From NCBI GenBank assembly GCA_963678065.2, contig CAXXVZ010000005.1, positions 736,001 to 800,000 on the forward strand: DNA of 64,000 nt, written 5' to 3'. Of the stretch, positions 51,626-61,512 are shown in pieces. How positions within the stretch are numbered: position 1 is the stretch's first letter; every line of letters starts with the position of its first letter. The notes beneath the pieces were generated by a model that saw nothing but the letters and a program-made list of their open reading frames with translations, did not search any database and was not told the DNA's origin. The position numbers and the translations under genes were made by a program. The stretch comes from Treponemataceae bacterium. Its GTDB lineage: Bacteria; Spirochaetota; Spirochaetia; Treponematales; Rectinemataceae.

Positions 51626-51870
51626 CGTTCTCTATCCTCCCGTATGAGGGTAACGGGATCAAGTTCTGCAATCTTTTTAGTACTATCTGCTTTTGTCTTT
51701 ATACCTGCGATTATTGCTTTACGCCTTTCTCTATTAGACCCTCTTTGGCCAAGACCTTCCTGCAAAACCGCTATCGTTTGCTGTGCCAGGCTCCTATTTT
51801 CTTTTTGTGCAAGAATAGTAAGTTTTCTATAAATATCTTCAGGTAAATCTCGTACTTGCAGTGTAGGCAT
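51622..51870 (-). CDS. FitA-like RHH antitoxin
   Basis: MPTLQVRDLPEDIY..ENRSL..LIREDR; upstream TTGACA-17-TATAGT. Confidence 0.82.
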   Translation of the reverse strand: MPTLQVRDLPEDIYRKLTILAQKENRSLAQQTIAVLQEGLGQRGSNRERRKAIIAGIKTKADSTKKIAELDPVTLIREDRER

Positions 51871-51940
51871 ACATTCCTCCATGCATGTACTATACAGTCA
51901 TTACGCATGCATGTCAAATTTTTCTCCGCGTGGGCATTGC

Positions 51941-52041
51941 ACCTAACGTTTGCCTGCCTACGACGTTGTGGCGAGCATCGGCGAGCCACAATGTGCCTGA
52001 GCGGAATGAGCGTATGCGAGTGCAGCGATGGCCGAAGAAGG
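51941..52041 (-). repeat. attC subtype A, truncated by IS21
   Basis: Stops at ggccgaagaagg. Confidence 0.8.
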
Positions 52042-52102
52042 TGGAAATGGCAAGTAGTTTTCCCCACCATATGGCAACTAGGAATCCCCACCCGGTAGAG
52101 GG

Positions 52103-52843
52103 TTATTCCTCCTTCTTTGCAGAGATGCGATATGACTCCCCTGACAGGGAGAAAATCTTTGCGTGATGCATGAGACGATCCAACAGGGCTGCGGTCATAA
52201 CCTCGTCGCCCATGAGTTCTGACCAAGAGTTCAGGTCCTTGTTGCTCGTCACGACGATAGAGGCACGTTCATAGAGATCCGAGACGAAGGTGAAAAAGAG
52301 ATTGGCTTCCTTGCGCTCGATAGGAGTGTAGCCAATCTCATCAATGATCATGAGGTTGGCCTTCGCGAGCCGGCTTAGCCTGAACTGAGCGCTGCGTGCG
52401 GCGTCAGAGCGCACGAGGAGCTTCACCAGTGAGGTCATGCGCTCGTAACAAACCGAATAGCCTTTGCGTACGGCCACATGGCCAAGAGCGATTGCGAGAT
52501 GGGTCTTTCCGAGTCCAGGAGGCCCGAAGAGCAGAAGGTTCTCGTGACGGTCTATCCAAGAGCACTCGGTGAGCTCAGAGAGGTCTCGTTTTCCAATTCC
52601 TGCTACTCGGCCGAGTTTGAAATCCTCGAGGCGCTTTACGACGGGAAAATGGGCCATGGCGAGGCCTCGTTTGAGGCGCCTGTCGCCGCGATCCTGTAGT
52701 TCGACGTCCACGAGGGTCTCGAGGAAGGCAAGGCATGTCAGTCCCCCGCTTTCAGCTTGTTTAAGAAGCTCAGGAAGCCGTGACGACGCGCCACGAAGCC
52801 GCAGGGACTCCAGTTTACGAGCGGATTCTGCGAGGGCGCTCAT
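52103..52843 (-). CDS. istB: IstB ATPase
   Basis: Identical to the 27495-28235 product. Confidence 0.93.
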   Translation of the reverse strand: MSALAESARKLESLRLRGASSRLPELLKQAESGGLTCLAFLETLVDVELQDRGDRRLKRGLAMAHFPVVKRLEDFKLGRVAGIGKRDLSELTECSWIDRHENLLLFGPPGLGKTHLAIALGHVAVRKGYSVCYERMTSLVKLLVRSDAARSAQFRLSRLAKANLMIIDEIGYTPIERKEANLFFTFVSDLYERASIVVTSNKDLNSWSELMGDEVMTAALLDRLMHHAKIFSLSGESYRISAKKEE

Positions 52844-54387
52844 TCTTCGTGCCTCTGCGTATCGACGAGCGCGTCGAGGAATCGCTGATACTCGCTGACC
52901 GAGCGTGTGGCAACTAGTGGAAGGTCTCTGGTTTGATGAAGGCCGCGGTACGGCGAAGGCGCCACTGCGGGCACTGGCGTCGTGCTGTTGACCGCGTCGA
53001 TGAGATCCTGGGCGCTTGCAAGTCCTCTATCCAGGCAGAACTTCAATGCAAGCACGAGTTTCTCTCTGTCGATGTTGCGCTTGAGAAGCTTCCGAAGTCG
53101 GCCAGCGTGCTCCCGGAAGTAGCGTCGATACTCGGTATAGATACCATCGACGAAGCTCCCCCACTCGGGAAGATCATCTACTGCGGCGACAAGATCCGCG
53201 CGGAGCGTTTCCTGGGATCCTTCGCGATCGCGATAGTGAGCCTTGTCCAGCACCGTTCCGCCGGGTGTTGCCGCTTCGCGATGCGCCGCGATCTGGATAC
53301 CCGTCTTCGTATCGAATACCAGGATGAGTCCGTCCTTGCGCTCGATAGTGACCTCGTTGAGCCGGTACGAGTTCGGCACCGAGTACCTGGTCGCGGCGAT
53401 CGATATAAGGCTTTTCTGATCCACGTTACGGCTCTCTCGGCAGCCCGATGCGGTGTCCGCGCGGAAAATAGACGCTCGGAGCGCCCGCAAGACGGGTTTC
53501 TCGTGCGCTTCGAAGTCCGCGAGCGGCATGAGACGCGTGGCTTGGCTCAGTTTTGCGTTCACTCGTAAGAGCCATTTGCGCATGCCTGCCTGGAGTTCGT
53601 CGAAGGTCGCGAAGCTGCGGCTCGAGAAATAGCTCGTTTTGACGTATTTGACCGCATTCTCGACCTTTCCTTTCGATTCCGGATCGGCCGCACGGCAGAC
53701 ACGGAGCCGCAGTCCCTGTTCTGCGACGAACTCAGCAAAGGCTTTTGTCGTCGTGAGGTCGCCAAGGTTTTCCGTCACAATCATTGTCCGGTCCTGATCC
53801 ATGACGAGTTCTTCGGTGATACCGCCAAAAAACTCGAAGGCGTCCAGGAGATGGCCGATCACATCCTCGCTGGTAAAGGGCCTGGATTGGGCCGCTACGT
53901 AGCGGTAACGGCTTCGTGAGAGTACTACGACAACAAACCAAGCCTTTCCGATGTTCGTCGTCTCTACGCCGAAATCAATCTGAGCCTGCTTGCCGTAGGC
54001 CAGAGGCTCCACAGGACGATATTCCCGACACAGGCCCACCTTAATCGCACCGGATGCCTTGAGATACGTCAGGTAGTTCCGCAACGTACGGTCCGAGCCT
54101 GGAAGCTCTCCGTATTTCTCGCTTAAGTAGTCGTGGACGGACGATGAGTAGACCATTCTGCCTTCGTGGTTCTTTTTAAAAATCTCGAGGATTTCGTCCT
54201 TGTAGACCGAAAAAGCCTTACCGCGTTCTGCCATTCGCTCGAGATACCGTAAGAATTGGTCATTGTCCATGCGCAGGTACTTTCTCACGGTCTTGCGGTC
54301 CTTGCCAAGTTTTACCGCTAGTGCGCTGACTGTGAGTCCTTGCCTGTGCCCTGTTCGTACGATGTTGTAGTCCTTCATGGTAATCAT
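52840..54387 (-). CDS. istA: IstA transposase
   Basis: Near-identical to the 25951-27498 product. Confidence 0.92.
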   Translation of the reverse strand: MITMKDYNIVRTGHRQGLTVSALAVKLGKDRKTVRKYLRMDNDQFLRYLERMAERGKAFSVYKDEILEIFKKNHEGRMVYSSSVHDYLSEKYGELPGSDRTLRNYLTYLKASGAIKVGLCREYRPVEPLAYGKQAQIDFGVETTNIGKAWFVVVVLSRSRYRYVAAQSRPFTSEDVIGHLLDAFEFFGGITEELVMDQDRTMIVTENLGDLTTTKAFAEFVAEQGLRLRVCRAADPESKGKVENAVKYVKTSYFSSRSFATFDELQAGMRKWLLRVNAKLSQATRLMPLADFEAHEKPVLRALRASIFRADTASGCRESRNVDQKSLISIAATRYSVPNSYRLNEVTIERKDGLILVFDTKTGIQIAAHREAATPGGTVLDKAHYRDREGSQETLRADLVAAVDDLPEWGSFVDGIYTEYRRYFREHAGRLRKLLKRNIDREKLVLALKFCLDRGLASAQDLIDAVNSTTPVPAVAPSPYRGLHQTRDLPLVATRSVSEYQRFLDALVDTQRHEE

Positions 54388-54485
54388 TTCTTGTGCCGCA
54401 TGCTCGCAAGCATAGCGGCCAAGGCCCCTGTGGGTGGGGAATCCTATTTGCCAACTGCTGGGGAATTCAGTTTACCATTTCCAGC

Positions 54486-54626
54486 ACCTAACGTTTGCCT
54501 GCCTACGACGTTGTGGCGAGCATCGGCGAGCCACAATGTGCCTGAGCGGAATGAGCGCATGCGAGTGCAGCGATGGCCGAAGAAGGAGCCGCAGGCGACT
54601 GATGAGCGTGGGCAGTGCTGTTAGCG
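54486..54626 (-). repeat. attC site, subtype A
   Basis: Consensus repeat. Confidence 0.85.
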
Positions 54627-54648
54627 GCTGTTTTGCTGCGCTCTTCTC

Positions 54649-55059
54649 CTATCCTCTATATACCTTTATCTTCCCATGTTTTTCCATGTTTTCAAAATCA
54701 TTATCGTTATGCAGTAGTGGTACTTTGGCCATATTTGCATACGTAGCTATTAGGCAATCATATGGTTTTCGTATCGTCACGCCTTTTTTTCTCAATCCTC
54801 TATACAGATCTATTGCATTTTTTGTCACTTCAAGAATATCAAAATCTAACATATGATAACTTTCCATAATCTCTTTCATATCTTTATACACTTTTTCTTC
54901 TCGTATTCCCTGTAAGATCTCTTGATAGATTATAGGACAGAGTAGTATTTTCTGATTATTGAGCAACAGATCATGCAACATATCTACTTCAGGGAGTGCT
55001 TCTTTATTTTCACTAAAATATTCTATCCAGACTGACGTATCGACTACTACTCCTATCAT
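54649..55059 (-). CDS. PIN/VapC toxin
   Basis: VDTSVWI, EILQG, DCLIA, LLHNDNDF. Confidence 0.9.
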   Translation of the reverse strand: MIGVVVDTSVWIEYFSENKEALPEVDMLHDLLLNNQKILLCPIIYQEILQGIREEKVYKDMKEIMESYHMLDFDILEVTKNAIDLYRGLRKKGVTIRKPYDCLIATYANMAKVPLLHNDNDFENMEKHGKIKVYRG

Positions 55060-55250
55060 CTCATTGTTCTCATTTCTTCAAGATTCCCTTCCCAGATATT
55101 TTTTCCTCGGTACTTTATTATTTTTTTCCGAGTATATGCCCGAATATATTCTTCAAGAGCCAGATTGATAACAGCTTTTTTTGTCGTCGCGCCACTAAGG
55201 TTCATAGCTTCTTTGACGAGAGTATCATCAAGTTCAATATTGGTTCTCAT
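55056..55250 (-). CDS. VapB-like antitoxin
   Basis: MRTNIELDD.L..EA..TKK..WEGNLEEMR. Confidence 0.88.
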   Translation of the reverse strand: MRTNIELDDTLVKEAMNLSGATTKKAVINLALEEYIRAYTRKKIIKYRGKNIWEGNLEEMRTMR

Positions 55251-55366
55251 ATTAATCCTCCATACACATTCCATATATAATACATACACATACATCAGTC
55301 AAGGCATTAGTAAATACATTTACGGCATAACGTTATATGCTATCTGATCTCGCGCAGCAATATTGC

Positions 55367-55507
55367 CGCTAACGTTCGCCTGCCTACGACGTTGTGGCGA
55401 GCATCGGCGAGCCACAATGTGCCTGAGCGGAATGAGCGTTAGCGAGTGCAGCGATGGCCGAAGAAGGAGCCACAGGCGACTGATGAGCGTGGGCAGTGCT
55501 GTTAGCT
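55367..55507 (-). repeat. attC site, subtype A
   Basis: Consensus repeat. Confidence 0.85.
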
Positions 55508-55511
55508 GACG

Positions 55512-56306
55512 TTATTTTTTTGCCACTATCAGGTTGTGACTACTTGCTCCCAAACTTGAAAAACAATGTGCTGTACTGATGTGATACTCCCGTAATGCAT
55601 TAAACTCATTTTCATTCATTTTTTCTATATTTGACTTTATCATCGTATACATCCCATCCGATGCACTATGCTCTATTATTCTTAATCCACTTAACTCTAC
55701 TTCATGCTCAATATCTTCCGGTGTTGTGTAGTAACTTATATTCAAAAATGAATCTTTAAAATCGTGTTTCTCCCATGTCGTTTTTAAGAACTCTTCATAC
55801 TCTGCTTTTGAAAAATAGATATTGTTTTTCATAAAGTACGCCAATGCGAATGCTTTATTTATATATGCAATACATACTAATCCATCATCCTTGATAACCC
55901 GTTTTGCCTCTCGTAATGATTGTATCCGTTCTTTTTGTGCCCGTAGATGGTAATATGGACCTAAACTCAATACTGCATCAAATTCTGAATCAGAAAAACA
56001 CGATAAATCGGTTGCATTTACGTTCTGTACCGAGATATTCAAGAGATTGTTTGCTGTTATTGTTTTTTCAATTTCATTGACATTTTCCTGAACCACATCA
56101 GTTGCTACAACGGAATGCCCTTGTTTTGCTAAATTAATTGAATATATTCCATGACCTGCGCCTAATTCCAGTATTCTCGATGAAGGTCGAAGATACTTTT
56201 GAAACAGGTGCATGTTTGTAAAAAACTCAAGTGAATTTGCTTTGCTTGAAAACAATCTATCACGCTCAATCGGAAACTGATAATAAGTATCAAGTTTAGT
56301 GTTCAT
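55512..56306 (-). CDS. Class I SAM-dependent methyltransferase
   Basis: ILELGAGHG, LGPYYHL. Confidence 0.85.
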   Translation of the reverse strand: MNTKLDTYYQFPIERDRLFSSKANSLEFFTNMHLFQKYLRPSSRILELGAGHGIYSINLAKQGHSVVATDVVQENVNEIEKTITANNLLNISVQNVNATDLSCFSDSEFDAVLSLGPYYHLRAQKERIQSLREAKRVIKDDGLVCIAYINKAFALAYFMKNNIYFSKAEYEEFLKTTWEKHDFKDSFLNISYYTTPEDIEHEVELSGLRIIEHSASDGMYTMIKSNIEKMNENEFNALREYHISTAHCFSSLGASSHNLIVAKK

Positions 56307-56329
56307 TATCTTCTCTTCAAAAAAATAAT

Positions 56330-57603
56330 GGCTCTTCGCTGTTTCATGTGGGTAACTGCCCCAGTTTACCGGCGACAATGTAGGTCATGATCTTGAGATT
56401 TTTGATAGTTCGGAATCCTCTGGCTCTGGTCTTTGCTGACTGAATCAGACTATTCAACGATTCAAGAAGCCCATTTGTCACTCCGGATGTAAGCCACCGA
56501 ACGACTCCATTCCAGTGTCGTTTGAGCATCGCAGCAAAATTGATGATTGGGGTAAGCTGTGATCGTGTTGCCCATACTCTCCATTTTTTAAGTTCTTCTA
56601 TGGCTCGAGAAGCCGAGAATTCGAAAAGTCCCTTGAAAATGTTCATCATTCGCCATGCTCGCCCTGTTTTTAACTGTAATCCTGACAAGGTGTTGAGACG
56701 GGCCAAATTCTTAACCGACAGATTGTAGGGGTTGCTCAACCAGACATATTTCGAACCTCTGAGTACCGTTTCCATCGTTGATTCTTCTTTCCGCACGTCG
56801 TTGACTGCTTCACCCAGAAGCTTCATGACATGAAACCGATCAAACGTGAGAGCAGCCTGGGGAAGATGCTCTTCGATCCCGGACATGAACGCCGGCGACA
56901 TATCGGTACAGACCGTCCGTGATAGCAGTTTTCGAGCCTCCATGGGCTTCCAGATGCTCTGTAAAGGCTTTTATAGTGGATGCATCCTTGCCTTCGGTCA
57001 CATATATGGCTTTCCCTGTATCGAGATCGGCCACAACGGTGATGTATGAGTGTCCGCGTTTGGCTGCTGTTTCGTCGATTCCGATTCGTGTGGTTTTCGA
57101 TAAATCTTGTGTAGCCACGTCTTCGGAAACATAATGGTCCATAATTCGCCACACTCGCGTATCGGTGGTAGCTGTCAGTCTGGAAACTGCCTTGACGCTC
57201 ATTTCCTTGACCATGATCATCATGAGGGCTTCGTACAGCAGGGTAAATCCCGATCCTTTACGCGCCCACGGGATATCAATCAGATGAACGCCATGCTCAG
57301 GACAGTCTATCCGCGGAACTCGTGCATGCAGATAGGCTTCATGCTGGAAAAAATTGAGGTGACGCCATGTTTTGGGCATCGTATCGTAGGCTGTACCCTT
57401 GTAATCGCAGGAAAAACACGGAAAACGACTCCCGGGCTTGAACCCAAGCTGTATATCAAGCCGATGTTCTGTTGGTTTGAACTCTATGTTCTCAACAATC
57501 CAGGGTTCAGATAATCCAAGCGCAAGGGCGAATAGTTCTACGTCTTTCATGCTGCTCATCCTACCATGCTTCCTTGGTTACCCACACGATTCGTTGAAGA
57601 GCC
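56330..57603 (-). mobile_element. ISL3-family element with frameshifted transposase (56840-57559 and 56344-56943)
   Basis: GGCTCTTC..GAAGAGCC ends; IGIDE, DMSPAF, FDRFHV, ARGFR; no target duplication. Confidence 0.88.
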
Positions 57604-58010
57604 ATAATTTCTAAATACTCTTCTGCATTTACAATACTCATCTCGTTCTCAACATAATCATCACTATTTCTTGTTATTAATACTTTGATCCCATTTTCCA
57701 ATGCTGCATAATATTGTATTGCATCCTCAAGATCTTTGAACTTTGATGCTAATACCAGATCTATGATCTTTTCATTAACAGTCAATATTTTGGTCAATAA
57801 TCTCAATTTCCGAAGATGAATCAATGCTTCATTCTGAGATGATGCTTTTCTCAATATATAAAAAAGATTTGAGAATATTACTGGACTAATATATACTTCG
57901 ATTTTCCCTTTTTCTGCCATCGAGAATACTTTTGCTGCTGCTGGATAGAATGGCTGCCGCTTCAGAAACATATCCAGGATTATATCTGTATCGATAAATA
58001 CTTTGTTCAT
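57604..58010 (-). CDS. PIN toxin, paralog of 19684-20136, C-terminus cut by ISL3
   Basis: Closely similar protein; last residues read from the IS. Confidence 0.82.
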
Positions 58011-58252
58011 TTGCATTTATCCATAAGATAATTTACATATTCATCATCCATGGATGCGACATCCACATCGTTCAGGATGCCAGATAATTCCATAACAATA
58101 GGCGAATAGTGTGGTTCACCTTTTTCCTCAAGAGAAAGAATCCTAAAATAGTCCTCAACCAATCGGGAAAGACTTCGTTTCCGTTTTTGAGCATATACTT
58201 TGGCGGTTTCTATAACCGATTGATCCAACTTGAGAGTCAGCTTTGTTTCCAT
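58007..58252 (-). CDS. DUF6364-like antitoxin, paralog of 20133-20378
   Basis: METKLTLKLDQ. Confidence 0.82.
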   Translation of the reverse strand: METKLTLKLDQSVIETAKVYAQKRKRSLSRLVEDYFRILSLEEKGEPHYSPIVMELSGILNDVDVASMDDEYVNYLMDKCK

Positions 58253-58331
58253 ACAACACCTCTATACGTATTATACTAATCAATACACTACGTATAGTCA
58301 ACATCTTCTCCTGCTCTCTCGGGGGAATTTC

Positions 58332-58471
58332 ACATAACGTTCTGCCTGTTTGCGACGATGGCGTGAGCATCGGCGAGCGCCATTGTGCCTGAGCGGAATG
58401 AGCGCATGCGAGTGCAGCGAATGGCCGAAGAGGGAGCCTGCGACCGATGAGCGTGAACAGCGCTGTTAGTT
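58332..58471 (-). repeat. attC site, subtype C
   Basis: Subtype C. Confidence 0.85.
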
Positions 58472-58596
58472 GCAGTCGTGACCTTCGAGCGCGCTTGGAT
58501 GGGGAGACTTGTCTCCTCATCCAATGCTATATCTTGCGCGCGTTCTTCTCTTCCTCTTCTCTTACCCTTATTTTTTCTTTCACGATTGCAACTAAC
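58465..58596. repeat. ORF-less structured cassette, copy 3
   Basis: 132 bp. Confidence 0.9.
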
Positions 58597-58730
58597 GTTC
58601 GCCTGCCTACGACGTTGTGGCGAGCATCGGCGAGCCACAATGTGCCTGAGCGAAACGAGCGCAAGCGAGTGCAGCGATGGCCGAAGAAGGAGCCGTAGGC
58701 GACTGATGAGCGTGGGCAGTGCTGTTATGT
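58590..58730 (-). repeat. attC site, subtype A
   Basis: Consensus repeat. Confidence 0.85.
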
Positions 58731-58749
58731 GCTGTTCCCGCGCCATCTT

Positions 58750-59022
58750 CTATTTATATGCGTCTTTCCTATTCTCGATATCCAGAATAAATATTATTAC
58801 TTTATCTTCAACTATTTTGTAGAATACTCTATAATCCCCTATCCTAAATCGATATACCTCTTTCAATTCACCTTTCAATTTCTTGATGTTATTCCCAAAA
58901 TATGGATTCTCTCGCAATACTGGATACACAAAATCATGTATTTTTGCGTAGAGCTGACGATACTTTGGTGACTTGATTTTTTTCTGAAACGTTTCAGTTT
59001 CAGCTATTTTAAAATCAGCCAA
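58750..59022 (-). CDS. RelE/ParE toxin
   Basis: IKKLKG..YRFRIGDYRVFY..R.DAY. Confidence 0.9.
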   Translation of the reverse strand: MADFKIAETETFQKKIKSPKYRQLYAKIHDFVYPVLRENPYFGNNIKKLKGELKEVYRFRIGDYRVFYKIVEDKVIIFILDIENRKDAYK

Positions 59023-59248
59023 TTATGTGATACCGCCCTGCTTCAATATCAGAAAGACCCTTTCTAATATCAGTTTCAAATTTCAATATCTCATTCATCT
59101 CAAACTCATCAACAGAGGAATCATTGACTATATAATTGAGCGTTGCATATTCAATGAAGTTAGAGATTGTCCGTTTTTGACCATCGGCAGCTTTTTTGAA
59201 GAGATCATACACTTTTTCATCCATTCGCACGGTTATCGTTTTTGCCAT
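59015..59248 (-). CDS. RHH antitoxin
   Basis: MAKTITVRMD..RTISNFIE. Confidence 0.8.
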   Translation of the reverse strand: MAKTITVRMDEKVYDLFKKAADGQKRTISNFIEYATLNYIVNDSSVDEFEMNEILKFETDIRKGLSDIEAGRYHIIG

Positions 59249-59430
59249 ATTCACCTCATGCTTCAAATATATTCTATTTCATTCAATATAGCAATATATG
59301 AACCATAAAAATGAATCTATTCACGACGATCAAAACAATGAAACAGAATCATTTATAATTTGGATATAGAATTGACTACACAAAAATGTATCACGATTAC
59401 GTAGTTTCACACAAACCATGCGGGAATTGC

Positions 59431-59570
59431 ACATAACGTTCTGCCTGTTTGCGACGATGGCGTGAGCATCGGCGAGCGCCATTGTGCCTGAGCGGAATGA
59501 GCGCATGCGAGTGCAGCGAATGGCCGAAGAGGGAGCCTGCGACCGATGAGCGTGAACAGCGCTGTTAGTT
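59431..59570 (-). repeat. attC site, subtype C
   Basis: Subtype C. Confidence 0.85.
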
Positions 59571-59695
59571 GCAGTCGTGACCTTCGAGCGCGCTTGGATG
59601 GGGAGACTTGTCTCCTCATCCAATGCTATATCTTGCGCGCGTTCTTCTCTTCCTCTTCTCTTACCCTTATTTTTTCTTTCACGATTGCAACTAAC
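59564..59695. repeat. ORF-less structured cassette, copy 4
   Basis: 132 bp. Confidence 0.9.
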
Positions 59696-59829
59696 GTTCG
59701 CCTGCCTACGACGTTGTGGCGAGCATCGGCGAGCCACAATGTGCCTGAGCGGAACGAGCGCAAGCGAGTGCAATGAAGGCCGAAGAAGGAGCCGCAGGCG
59801 ACTGATGAGCGTGGGCAGTGCTGTTAGCC
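59689..59829 (-). repeat. attC site, subtype A
   Basis: Consensus repeat. Confidence 0.85.
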
Positions 59830-59846
59830 GCTGTGATCCATTTTTC

Positions 59847-60176
59847 TTACTTTTTCAATAATTTCTTTATCAATATATCCTGTACATTTCTTCTACCATC
59901 TATTACTTCATATACATAGACCGTATCAGCACTTATTGTATAAATAATTCTCCACGGTGTTTCAATCAATTCTCTATACTCAGTAATATTTTGATCCATT
60001 AATTCAGGAACAATTCTTCCCTGCTCAGGAAACTGTCCCAACCTCATTATTTTCTCATACAATCTATCAAATATCTTGAATGCTATTTCCTTATTATCCA
60101 ATGCGATATACATAACAATATCATTGAGATCTTCTTCCGCTGAGTTCAGAATCTTGACTTCAAATTTCTGACTCAT
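59847..60176 (-). CDS. ParE/RelE toxin
   Basis: AEEDL..I..YIA.D, FPEQGRIVPE, DGRR. Confidence 0.88.
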   Translation of the reverse strand: MSQKFEVKILNSAEEDLNDIVMYIALDNKEIAFKIFDRLYEKIMRLGQFPEQGRIVPELMDQNITEYRELIETPWRIIYTISADTVYVYEVIDGRRNVQDILIKKLLKK

Positions 60177-60457
60177 TTTATAGTCTCAAGCTTTTTCTTC
60201 AAATCCTTAAACACATCTTGTGCATCTCTGAATTTTCCCTCAACCTTATCCTTTTCTGCCAATTGGAGAATATTCATCAATGCAAATGCAGTTTGCATGT
60301 TCTGGAATGATTCAATATCCAATAGGACAGCTCGGGCTTCACCATTTTGAGTGATAATGACTGGATTCCGACATTCATTCACATATTTCATCATATCAGC
60401 AGCATTTGTCTTAATATATGAAATAGGTTTTATATCAGCCTTCAGATTGATTGCCAT
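60173..60457 (-). CDS. Phd/YefM antitoxin
   Basis: IKPISYIK..PVIITQNGEARAV. Confidence 0.88.
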   Translation of the reverse strand: MAINLKADIKPISYIKTNAADMMKYVNECRNPVIITQNGEARAVLLDIESFQNMQTAFALMNILQLAEKDKVEGKFRDAQDVFKDLKKKLETIK

Positions 60458-60732
60458 ACATATCTCCTGTGTATCAGTACTTATATAATACAATATATGC
60501 ACTGAATACGCAAGGTACACAATCCACTAGAAATCATAAAGCCCACTATCTTCTCTCAAAATGGATCATTGCGGCTAACGTTCTGCCTGTTTGCGACGAT
60601 GGCGTGAGCATCGGCGAACGCCATTGTGCCTGAGCGGAATGAGCGCATGCGAGTGGAGCGAATGGCCGAAGAGGGAGCCTGCATGTGTTTCGTCAAGGCG
60701 AAATACCCGAAAAAATCGTACAAAAACACCCA

Positions 60733-61512
60733 TCAGCCGGTGGGTAATTGTGCCTGGCCTTTCTGCCGCATGAGTGCGTGTTTCATCCGGTAGCTTTCAC
60801 CTTCGAAGAGAATAATGTGACCATGGTGGGCAAGCCTGTCGATCATGGCGGCAGCCATCTGATCGTCCGTGAAGATTGTCCCCCATTTGGAGAATTCAAG
60901 ATTGGTCGTGAGAATAACGCTTCGGCGCTCATAGGAATCGGAAATTATCCTGAACAGGAGCTGGGCTCCTTGCCGGTCGACGGGGACATAGCCCCATTCG
61001 TCTATGATCAAGAGATCAGCCCGAGCGATGGACATAACAAGCCGCTCAAGCGAGCCTTCCTTAAGGGCTTCGGAAAGCCTTACCACCAGCTCTGCAGCGG
61101 TAAAGAACCTGGTACGGAAGGTGCGAGAGCACGCGGTGACGCCAAGGGCTGTGGCAAGATGTGTCTTTCCAGTTCCAACGGGGCCGTAAAGCACCAAGTT
61201 TTTCTTCTCGGCGACGAACTGGGTGGTCATCATTTCCTGTTTCGAAAGCGCCGGCGGCAGCTTCACGCAGGAGAAATCAAAGCCCTCGAAGGTTTTGTAG
61301 ACGGGGAAGGCCGCTTCATGAAGGAATCGTGCCCTGCGGACATCGTCGCGGTTAGCCATCTCTCGCTTCAGGATCTTCAGGAGAAACTCTTCCTGGGGTG
61401 CCTTGGCCTCTTCCTCGCAGATCTTTACCGCGGTCTGGCTGAAGGCCATCTTGCGCAGCAGTACGGAGATTTCGCTGCGCAGTTCGGCACGATTGACACG
61501 CGCTTTTCTCAT
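60733..61512 (-). CDS. istB: IstB ATPase
   Basis: GPVGTGKTHLA, IIDEWGY, IDRLAHH. Confidence 0.92.
   Translation of the reverse strand: MRKARVNRAELRSEISVLLRKMAFSQTAVKICEEEAKAPQEEFLLKILKREMANRDDVRRARFLHEAAFPVYKTFEGFDFSCVKLPPALSKQEMMTTQFVAEKKNLVLYGPVGTGKTHLATALGVTACSRTFRTRFFTAAELVVRLSEALKEGSLERLVMSIARADLLIIDEWGYVPVDRQGAQLLFRIISDSYERRSVILTTNLEFSKWGTIFTDDQMAAAMIDRLAHHGHIILFEGESYRMKHALMRQKGQAQLPTG

Larger units (their letters stand above)
52042..54483 (-). mobile_element. IS21-family element, copy 2 (2442 bp, inverted relative to copy 1)
   Basis: Same ends; IstA differs by one residue (KPI/KPV). Confidence 0.92.

Noticed and set aside
25855..54483. Inversion or composite transposon bounded by the two inverted IS21 copies
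   Set aside because: attC sites and genes between them keep the same orientation as outside, and the outer flanks share no target duplication.
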